Source: Octopus vulgaris (taxonomy: Eukaryota). From it: a stretch of DNA of 64,000 nt. The notes under the pieces are model-generated. The model was not told the DNA's origin. It ran no database searches and saw only the letters and a list, made by a program, of their open reading frames with translations. The stretch covers positions 1,860,001 to 1,924,000 of the forward strand of contig OX597839.1 of the NCBI GenBank assembly GCA_951406725.2, given 5' to 3'. Positions 33,179 through 45,054 of this stretch are shown here, in pieces. The translations under genes and the position numbers were made by a program. Within the stretch, counting starts at the first letter, position 1, and each line of letters begins with the position of its first letter.

Positions 33179-35847
33179 CTGTAAAAGATAAAAAAAAAAA
33201 AAAAATTAAATTAACATTTCAGCATTCAGATTATGGTGCTACTTTGGCATGTGATCCACAATTTAAAGGGAGATTACTTTGGGTTACTTTTTAGTTTGCT
33301 TTTCAATTTCTAAAATCCCTTAAGATGTTAGCTAAAAAAATTTTACAATGAGAACAATGTAGTTGACAGGGCTATTAGAGAAAAGAAACAAACAGGCTTG
33401 GAAGGACTGGAAGAAAGGTGGTAGCAAGCTGTGTGAAAAAGTGTCACACCCTAGCAGTTGAAGGAATCTGTGGAAGAGGTAGACCCAAGGAGACATGGGA
33501 TGAGGTGGTGAAGCACGACCTTCAAACATTGGGCCTCACCGAGGCAATGACTAGTGACCGAGACCTTTGGAAATATGCTGTGCTTGAGAAGACCCAGCAA
33601 GCCAAGTGAGACCATAACCCATGACCTATGCCAGTGGTGTAACCAGCCTACTTATGTGCACCTTTCTTTTGTTGGACACTGAACTTTGCTTGTGAAAACC
33701 TGTTGAGCCAAGCGAAATCACAGTCAAAATCAAATTCGCAGACATGGCTGATGACAGCAGACAGCACTGCATGACTGGCACTTGTGCCAGTGGAACGTTA
33801 AAAGCACCATCCGAGCATGATTGTTGCCAGGGTCGCTGGCTAGCTCCCGTGCCGGTGGCACATAAAAAGCACCATCCGAGCATGATTGTTACCAGTGTCA
33901 CCTTACTAGCACTTGTGTTGGTGGCACGTGAAAAACAACATTCAAGCGAGATTGTTACCAGTGCCACTGGACTGGCTCCTGTGCAGGTGGCACATAAAAA
34001 CACCATTTGAGCGTGGCCGTTGCCAATACCGCCTGACTAGCCCTTGTGCCGGTGACACGTAAAAGCATCCACTACACTCTCGGAGTGGTTGGCATTAGGA
34101 AGAGCATCTAGCTGTAGAAACTCTGCCAGATCAAATTGGAGCCTGGTGCAGCCATCTGGCTTGCCAGTCCTCAGTCAAACCGTCCAACCCATGCCAGCAT
34201 GGAAAGCTGATACTCTTTTACTCTTTTACTTGTTTCAGTCATTTGACTGCGGCCATGCTGGAGCAGCGCCTTTAATCAAGCAAATCGACCCCAGGACTTA
34301 TTCCTTTGTAAGCCCAGTACTTATTCTATCGGTCTCTTTTGCCAAACCGCTAAGTGACAGGGACATAAACACACCAGCATCGGTTGTCAAGCAATGCTAG
34401 GGGGACAAACACAGACACACAAATACACACACGCATATATATATATACATATATACGACGGGCTTCTTTCAGTTTCCGTCTACCAAATCCACTCACATGG
34501 CTTTGGTCGGCCCGAGGCTATAGTAGAAGACACTTGCCCAAGGTGCCACGCAGTGGGACTGAACCCGGAACCGTGTGGTTGGTAAACAAGCTACTTACCA
34601 CACAGCCACTCCTGTGCCTATGTTAAACAATGTTGATGATGATGATGATGAAGATAAGCAAATGGAGAGTTGGAAGTTAATAATTATTTATTATTGACAA
34701 ATTGGTAATCTGTACTTCTTACAGCTATTAATAGTCAATAAATTATAAATTTGTGCATTAAATTAGCATTTTATGTTTTGAGCAGAATGTCATCAGAGGA
34801 AAAGATATACCTTATGATGTTATATGCTGACTTATCAGTCCATACCAGCAGACTAAATATGATGATTTATTATTCTTATACTATCGCATGCAGGTGAAGG
34901 GTTAACAGGTTGATGGGAATATAATGAAGAATAAAGTAAAATAAAGAAAAATAGAAAATTAAATTCTCTCTCTCTTTTACTCTTTTACTTGTTTCAGTCA
35001 TTTGACTGCAGCCATGCTGGTGCACCACCTTTAGTCGAGCAAATCGACCCCGGGACTTATTCTTTGTAAGCCCAGTACTTATTCTATCGGTCTCTTTTGC
35101 CGAACCGCTAAGTGACAGGGACATAAACACACCAGCATCGGTTGTCAAGCAATGCTAGGGGGACAAACACAGACACACAAACACAAACACACATACATAT
35201 ATATATATACATATATACGACAGGCTTCTTTCAGTTTCCGTCTACCAAATCCACTCACAAGGCTTTGGTCGGCCCGAGGCTATAGTAGAAGACACTTGCC
35301 CAAGGTGCCACGCAGTGGGACTGAACCCGGAACCATGTGGTTGGTTAGCAAGCTACTTACCACACAGCCATTCCTGCGCCTATAAAGTAAAAATATAAAT
35401 AAATGAAAAACTGAAACAATATATTGTTGTATTTAGGAATAGTCATTTTGCCAGTTTAGCCAATAAAAACACACGCACTATATACTTGGTGTTACTTTGG
35501 TTCAGCGTTATTCATTTTTAAAATTTATCTTAATCTTATTTCGGCCAGAGTTCTTTCATCACACTCCTGTGACCTCATCAGCAGTCCTTTGCTTTCTTCT
35601 TTCTTATTTGTGTGTCTCTCCTTACTAACGGTCAGCCATTTTGTATTTTGTATTCCTATTGTATGTGTCTTCATTTGTGCATGCGTATACCTCTATGTGT
35701 GTCTATGTTTAGTTAGTATGTGTGTAGGGGGGGGAGTGCCTGTAATATTTGTATCTCCTGTTTATATACGTTCGTGTAATTTTTTTTTGTTTTTGTTTAT
35801 TTTTATTTTGTTTATTTTTATTTTGTTCATGTGTTTACACATACTTA

Positions 35848-35880
<33 letters not shown>

Positions 35881-36050
35881 GTTTAACGTCCGCTTTCCAT
35901 GCTAGCATGGGTTGGACGGTTCAACTGGGGTTTGGGAAGCCCGAAGGCTGCTCCAGGCCAGTCAGATCTGGCAGTGTTTCTACAGCTGGATGCCCTTCCT
36001 AACGCCAACCACTCCGAGAGTGTAGTGGGTGATTTTATGTGCCACCGACA

Positions 36051-36105
<55 letters not shown>

Positions 36106-38380
36106 TTTATGACCATTCCTATAAAAACAACAATGTTTCACATCAAAAAGCTTGCAAAACAAATATTTAAATGAAACAATATACATGAATAAAAAACTGA
36201 AAGCAGGAAAAGATAACTCTGAAATATGACTGACAAAGTAATCTCCCTTGTAAAATGCACGCCTAAGAACTGTAATTTTCTTTTACATTCTATCTCATAT
36301 ACTTGAAATAATGTTGCCATTACACTCAATAAGATCATTCACCAGCGTGGCAATTACCTATTTCATCAACACTAAAACCTCCAGCTCACGGAAATGATAT
36401 GGTACTGTGATTAAACACATTCATTGGAGGCCATAAAAATAATCTATTTCCCCGTACAGTACAATGATCTCTCTGACTCACAAGCATGCGCTACAGGAGT
36501 GGCTGTGTGGTAAGTAGCTTGCTAACCAACCACATGGTTCCGGGTTCAGTCCCACTGCGTGGCATCTTGGGCAAGTGTCTTCTGCTATAGCCCCGGGCCG
36601 ACCAACGCCTTATGAGTGGATTTGGTAGACGGAAACTGAAAGAAACCTGTCGTATATATGTATATATGTATATATATATATGTGTGTGTGTGTATGTATA
36701 TGTTTGTGTGCTTGGTGTACCCTTATCAGACGGGTAGTCATGATGGGTATATTGGGCTTCGTATATTTTACCCCAGTGTCACTTTGATGGCATGAACTGC
36801 TCTCTCACTAAATAATAATAATAATAATAATGACTAGCCTGACTAACACAATTTTTGCCCTTGGGTAGCAAATGTTGTTTCCTATTTGCTTTCCCCTAGA
36901 AAGTATGAAAAATGGCTAATATTTTCTTTACTTTGCTTGTGTTACAATATTTATTCAAAGCCCAAAGAATCCCTCTCAACCATATGGCCACCACACAAAT
37001 CCTGCTCATGATCAGAGATGCACATGCTTAAGTGGTTATGGTCAAGCAATTCACAAGCAAATCTATGGTATTGTGCAGAACATTTACTATAACGATATTT
37101 CTGCTTCAGCAACTCCATGGTGAATCTGTCAGAAATGTAATGGAAAATAGGTCAGCTTCGAAATTTTACTCTCAAAATGGATTGTATAAACTTTTAACAT
37201 TGAAATGATAAAAAATATAGAGAAGGGCGTAGGAGTGGCTGTGTGGTAAGTAGCTTGCTAACCAACCACATGGTTGCGGGTTCAGTCCCACTGCGTGACA
37301 TCTTGGGCAAGTGTCTTCTGCTATAGCCCCGGGCCGACCAATGCCTTGTGAGTGGATTTGGTAGACGGAAACTGAAAGAAGCCTGTCGTATATATGTATA
37401 TATATGTGTGTGTGTGTGTGTTTGTGTGTCTGTGTTTGTCCCCCTAGCATTGCTTGACAACCAATGCTGATGTGTTTATGTCCCCGTCACTTAGCGGTTC
37501 GGCAAAAGAGTCCGATAGAATAAGTACTGGGCTTACAAAGAATAAGTCCCGGGGTCGATTTGCTCGACTAAAGGCGGTGTTCCAGCATGGCCGCAGTCAA
37601 ATGACTGGAACAAGTGAAAGAGTGAAAGGGCTTTCACCAAATAAATTTACCCCAAGACTTATTTCTTAAGCCTAGTAATTATTCTATTGGTCCCTATTGC
37701 CAAATTGCTGATTAGAGATGCATGCACACCAACATCAGTTGTCCAACAATGATGGGGTGAAAAACACAGACACATCAACAAAGCCTTTGAAATTCTGCTT
37801 CAGCAGCTTCAAAATACTGTTGTCCAGGTTGTGATCTCCTTTGATTTTTAGATAGGAGCAAATAGGAAATAACACTTACTAATCAAAGACCAAAAAAGTA
37901 AAAATTTTGTTACACAAAGTTGTGACAATGATAAACAAAGTTGATGACAGTAAGATGATTAGAAACAATGTTACTAACAGCTTTTTATATCGTCCTTCAT
38001 ATTGTTCCACCTTGCACGAAAAGTGTTTTCTGTCTCTTTTGGGCAGTATTTCAGATTTTCCGTTACACATTCTTGATCTGATCCAAATATTCTCCTGAAA
38101 AACAAGTAAATAAACATGAAATCTATAAAGTTGGCAATGTTATATTGTTATAATGTTATAGGGAATAAAAAGAAGAAAAACATGCAAAAGTTTAACATTC
38201 ATTTCCATAGGCGCAGGAGTGGCTGTGTGGTAAGTAGCTTGCTAACCAACCACATGGTTCCGGGTTCAGTCCCACTGTGTGGCATCTTGGGCAAGTGTCT
38301 TCTGCTATAGCCCCGGGCCGACCAATGCCTTATGAGTGGATTTGGTAGACGGAAACTGAAAGTAGCCTGTCGTATATATG

Positions 38381-38416
<36 letters not shown>

Positions 38417-41400
38417 CGTTTGTGTTTGTCCCCCTAGCATTGCTTGACAACCGATGCTGGTGTGTTTACGTCCCCGTCACTTAGCGGTACAGCAAAAGAG
38501 ACCGATAGAATAAGTACTGGGCTTACAAAGAATAAGTTCCGGGGCCGATTTGCTCAACTAAAGGCGGTGCTCCAGCATGGCCGCAGTCAAATGACTGAAA
38601 CAAGTAAAAGCGTAAAAGCGTATTCATATTCCGATATCTCGAATGAAATGCTTTACTAATGTGGGTGGTCCCAACTGAGGAACACCTTGGGCTAGTGTCT
38701 TCTACTATAGCTTTGAGCCAGCCTTGTCAGAGGATTTAGTAGACAGAAACTGAAAGAAGCCTATCATCATCATCATTTAACATCTGTTTTACATGCTGGC
38801 ATGGGTTGGATAGCTTGAAAAGATTTGGCCAGCTGAAGGGCTGTTCAGGCTCCATGTCTGTTTTGGCATGGTTTCTGTGGCTGCTGCTGCTGTTGTTGTT
38901 GTTGTTGTTGTTGTTGTTAAGCAACAAGACGGGTAAGGGTGATTAGGTGATGGTCTAGGGATTAGGGGCAGGAGACCCCCAGACCTTGAAAAAAAAAAAA
39001 AAACCTTTGGTTATCTTGTTGTAGTCGAGGACTCTTCGTTGACGCCCAACACCACTGGGAGGTGGCCCTCGAAGTCGCTGGAAATGGAGATCTCCAGGTC
39101 CAAATTCTTAGCCGGCTGCTGCTGCTGCTGCTGCTGGTGTGATGGTGGCAGTAGTGGTGATAGTTGGCAATGGTGGTGGTGGTGGTGGTGGTGGTGGTCA
39201 CTGAATTTAGTTTTATTTTGATTGTTTTATTTTAGTTTCTACATGTCAATATAACAAGGTTGATGTATTGAGGCAAAATATAGAATTAGAAAAGGAGGAT
39301 TGCAATCAGAATTCCACTACAAAATATTTTAGTTCAATGCTTTCCAGATTTTGCCACCACAAATCCACCCCACCAACCAGTCCACAGTGATGGTACCATG
39401 ATAAAACCCTAACCCTAGTAAACTCTGACCCTCTGCCCCAATCTTCTGCTACTTAATTTCCTCCACCTTTTTTTTTTATCCTTTTTGTTACCGTGATCAG
39501 GTAGTTATGATTGATTGATTGATTCTGGTTTCAGCTCATGAGCTGTGGCCATGCTGGGGCACCGCCATTTGTTATGTGGGTTTTTTCTTGATAATCTGAT
39601 CTTTTATACATTTTGGGGGGTTTTTTTCTCATTTTTCAATGGTTTTTCTTTTTCATTTTTTTCTTCTTTTGATATTAAATTAGATAAAAAGAAAAAACTG
39701 TAAAATGGTTTGGCGAATGAGTAGAAAAAAATGTAGGGCCAACAGAACCCAACCTTTTCTGGTCTCAGTGCTTATGATAAAATGGCCCCAGTATGTTCCA
39801 TACAATACTTGTTGAAAGGAAGGGCATCCATCAGTAAACAACAACATGAAAGTGAACAAACAATACCTAATCCTCCAACCTCTTTTAGGGGACCATAAAC
39901 AGCACTGGATTAACCATTAAGCAAAATAAGAACATGCTTTAGGGCTTCAAGAGATGGAGGCACCACAGAGATGAAAATGGTTTATGGCACAAAAGAAATC
40001 ATTTTAAAGTTGCTAAATTAATATTTGTAATGCTTTTATCTCTACTAAGTATAGAAGCAGAAGTTTTACGTAAAATTAATTTGAACAATTGCAGCGTCGA
40101 AGGTGTTTATAAGCCATTTAAGAAACACACAAAAAAAAACATTAGATTCACTTCGACATTTAAATTTAAGTTGTCAAAATATTTTCGTCGCTTTGAGACC
40201 ACAACCTGTTCACTGACAAATGTAATACTTATTTGTTCAGATGGTTTTGAATATTCATCATCGTCATTTACATCCTCATCTTCATCTTTGTATTATGTTT
40301 ACTTTCCATGCTGCATCTCTCGTTATGCAAGTACATCTCCGTAATTTTAACAATATCATGAAAAACTTTGCAATTAAATTTTTTAAAAAAAACAAAGAAG
40401 AAAATATTTCAAATACAAATAAAGTGGAAGTATACAAAAATAAACATTATTTTCCATTTTATTGTTAGTTTTGTTTCATTTTGGAAAATAAAAATGTATT
40501 TTATGGTTTATTATTGTTTACATTTTAGATTTTGAACCATTTACATATAACTTGAGGGCACCAAAACTTTTTAAGTGCTTAGGGCCTCTATGGGTCTGGA
40601 TCCAGCCCTGACTGTACCAATGATTAAGAACTAACTTGGACAGTTATGACAATGCCAAGCCATGATTTCACATCTGGCTGCTATGCCAAGATGGAAAGTA
40701 AACATAATACAAGGATGAAGATGAGGATGTAAATGACGATGATGAATACTCTCTCTCTTTTACTCTTTTACTTGTTTCAGTCATTTGACTGCGGCCATGC
40801 TGGAGCACCGCCTTTAGTCGAGCAAATCAACCCCGGGACTTATTCTTTGTAAGCCCAGTACTTATTCTATCGGTCTCTTTTGCCGAACCGCTAAGCATCG
40901 GTTGTCAAGCAATGCTAGGGGGACAAACACAGACACACAGACACAAACACACATACACATACATACATATATATATATACATATATACGACAGGCTTCTT
41001 TCAGTTTCTGTCTACCAAATCCACTCACAAGGCATTGGTCGGCCCGGGACTATAGCAGAAGACACTTGCCCAAGATGCCACGCAGTGGGACTGAACCCGG
41101 AACCATGTGGTTGGTTAGCAAGCTACTTACCACACAGCCACTCCTGTGCCTAAGTACAAAAATTAAGTTAAAAATTTAACATTTAAACTGGCCATATCAT
41201 GTTTTATATTCGAACCAACCAGATCCAGAATATCACACCTACCCTACAATAAAATTCTAAAAATAACAATCGCATCATCAAAATCTCGAAACTACAACTT
41301 AATAATTATTTCAACACGACATGAATAAATAAGCATAACCTTTGACAGAGTAATCAGAATGCTAAAGGGTTAAACCAGCCATATCCAGCTCAAATATTCT

Positions 41401-43117
41401 GCTGGTTTTATGTCCAAATTGACCAGATCAGATAGGCGCAGGAGTGGCTGTGTGGTTAGTAGCTTGCTTACCAACTACATGGTTCCGGGTTCAGTCCCTC
41501 TGCGTGGCACTTTGGGCAAGTGTCTTCTACTATAGCCTCGGGCCGACCAAAGCCTTGTGAGTGGATTTGATAGACGGAAACTGAAAAGAAGCCCATCGTA
41601 TATATGTATATATATATATATATATACAATGTCTACCATATATATACAATGTCTTTTCAGTTTCCACCTATATATATATATATGTATATATATGTATATA
41701 TATGTATATATATATATGCGTGTGTGTATATGTTTGTGTGTCTGTGTTTGTCCCCCTAGCATTGCTTGACAACCGATGCAGGTGTGTTTACGTCCCCGTC
41801 ACTTAGCGGTTCGGCAAAAAGAGACCGATAGAATAAGTACTGGGCTTACAAAAGAATAAGTCCCGGGGTCGAGTTGCTCGATTAAAGGCGGTGCTCCAGC
41901 ATGGCCGCAGTCAAATGACTGAAACAAGTAAAAGAGTAAAAGAGAGAGAGAGAGAGAGAGAGTAAAGAGAGATCTGGACTTTCACACCCACCCTGTAATG
42001 CCATTCTAAAAAAAAAAACAATCATATCATCAAACTCTCAAAGCTACAAGATAATGCATGATTTATTCAAAACCATCTGAACAAATAAGTATTACATTTC
42101 ACAAAGTAATCTGACGGCTAAAGAGTTGGTCAATCACCATCAACACCATCTATGTTCCATGCTGGCATGGGTTAGATGATTTGGCAGGATTTCATAGGTA
42201 TCATGCTTCATTGTCTACTTTGGCATACATTTTACAGTTGGATGCCCTTCTTAATGCTTTCCTCAACCATTTCATAGCATGTGTTAGGTACTTCTTTTTT
42301 TCATGGTTCCAGCACTAGTGGGCACTATACAGATTGTAAGGCTGAACCCAGAGGGCAAGAATTAGGCTGAGGATGGGAAAAGGGTTTGATGGTACCAGCA
42401 CTAGTGGGCACTATACAGCTTGTAAGGCTGAACCCAGAGGGCAAGAATTAGGCTGAGGATGGGAAAGGGGTTTGATTCCTCACCACATGGTTCTAGGCTC
42501 AGTCTCACACCTTAGGCAAGTGTCTTCTACTATAACATTGAGTCAATCAAAGCTTTGCGAGTGGATTTGATAGATGGAAACTGAAGGAAACCTGTCGTGC
42601 GTGTGTGTCCCACCACCATTTGATAACCAATGTTGGTGTATTAACGTCCCCATATCTTAGCAGTTTGGCAAAAGAGACCAATAGAATAAGTATCAAACTT
42701 AACAAAAAAATAAGTACATGGGTTGAGTCATTTCACTAAAAATTCATCACTAGAGTGCCCCAGCATGGCCACAGTCTAATGACTGAAACAAATAAAAGAT
42801 ACAAGAAGAAACACTTCAGGAATTTGCACATCATCCATGCAGAAGACCATCCTAATCTTCTCTGTATCATTCCAACTAGCAGTATCGCCCGGCATTGCTC
42901 GGGTTTGTTTTGACCCTTTAGAATTGGAATTTTTGAAAAGTAAAAATTTTGCATTATGTAAAAAGCACCCACTACACTCGCGGAGTGGTTGGCGTTAGGA
43001 AGGGCATCCAGCCGTAGAAACTCTGCCAGATCAGACTGGAGCCTGGAGCAGCCCCTGGCTTCCCAGACCCCGGTCGAACCGTCCAACCCGTGCTAGCGCG
43101 GAAAACGGACGTTAAAC

Positions 43118-43154
<37 letters not shown>

Positions 43155-44969
43155 TAGCTTGTTATTCTCTTTAAGTGAACATTTTTCTGGTTGAAATACA
43201 CCGAAAAATGGCGACACAGAAGTAAAAAAATCGTAAAAAATAGGGATTTTCATAGAAAAAAGCACCTTTTTGATGTAAATAATTTTTGGTGTTAACATGG
43301 TCCGATTTGAATTTTTTCTTCTACGGAAGGAAGAGTAAGCCTTCTTCTATCATACTCTCAATTTTGGTCAACTTATGCTGCAGGGTCTCGGAGATAGTGT
43401 TAGTTGTAGGCTACCAAACCTGCCATACACAGACAACTACAGCTTTATATAGAGAGAGATTTATACCAGCAAAGCAAGTAAATGTTTAATGAAATGAAGA
43501 AGAAAAAAGAACAATTACAAATAGAAGAGAATAACTTACGACTCACATCCTTCAGCCTCAACTTCACCATTAAGATGATCGGTACGATATTTGTCATATC
43601 TTGTTTGGATACTAGTTATGCAAACCTTGGACTTTGTACATTTTGAATGATCTGTAACGAAAGGAAAACAAAATGTTTTTTCTTAAAAATGAACAGAATA
43701 TGTTGCCATTGGCGATGGTGTTTGTTTGTTAAGCGAAGCGGTCTTTGTCCCTAGTGGGAGAAGTCTAAAACGTGATCCTTTGCTATTCGTAAGACGCGCA
43801 GAAGAGGAAGCAGGTCAACCCTCGACACCGATGGATGGATGAATGCGCATCCAGGCTCAGGGGGTTGCATAGGAAGTCGGGGACAAGAGACAGGAAGAAA
43901 GAGTGAGAGAAAGTTGGAGCGAAAGAGTACAACAGGGGTTGCCACCACCCCCTGCCAGAGCCTCGTGGAGCTTTAGGTGTTTGCGCTCAATAAACACGCA
44001 CAACGCCCAGTCTGGGAATTGAAACTGCGATCCTCTGACCACGAGTCCACTGCCCTAACCACTGAGCCATTGCACCTCCACTTGGCGATGGTGTTGAATA
44101 CCCCGTCAGCAAGGCATGGATGGTTTCACATGAACACATTATGTGGAGGATGAGCCAAGTCCAAACGTCTGCTTTTATAGGGTCTCTACAGCTAGATGCT
44201 CTACCTAATGCCAACCTCTTCACTGAACATAAGAGGTACTCTTTTTACATGGTATCAGCTCTTGATAACCTCACCATAACCACATAAGTTTCTTCATAAT
44301 GTTTAGAAAAATGGGTGGTTTTTCTACAACTATCTTTACTCTTTTACTCTTTTACTTGTTTCAGTCATTTGACTGCGGCCATGCTGGAGCACCGCCTTTA
44401 ATCGAGCAACTCGACCTCAGGACTTATTCTTTTGTAAGCCCAGTACTTATTCTATCGGTCTCTTTTGCCGAACCGCTAAGTAACGGGGACATAAACACTA
44501 GGGGACAAACACAGACACACAAACACACACACGCATATATATATATATATATACATATATACGACGGGCTTCTTTCAGTTTCCGTCTACCAAATCCACTC
44601 ACAAGGCTTTGGTCGACCCGAGGCTATAGTAGAAGACACTTGCCCAAGGTGCCACGCAGTGGGACTGAACCCGGGACCATATGGTTGGTAGACAAGCTAC
44701 TTACCACACAGCCACTCCTGTGCCTATCTTACACATTTTATCTTTTGTCTTTTACTTGTCTCAGTCATTAGACTGTGGCCATGCTGAGGCACCACCTTGA
44801 ATTTTAAGGTGAATGAATCGACCCCCCCCCACCCCCAAGTACTTATTTTTTAAAAGCGTGGTACTTATTCTACTGACCTCTTTTGCTGAACCGCTAAGTT
44901 ACAGGGATGTAAACACACCAACACCTGTTATCAAGCAGTAGTGGGTGGAGACAAACACAGACACAAAAA

Positions 44970-45054
<85 letters not shown>

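Noticed and set aside
37879-38070. ORF MCNGK...LLVTLFLIILLSSTLFIIV as a transmembrane exon
   Set aside because: Requires phase-0 entry, which neither exon-2 donor provides. The phase-2 frame gives the coherent cysteine pattern, and the hydrophobic stretch is probably T-rich intron.
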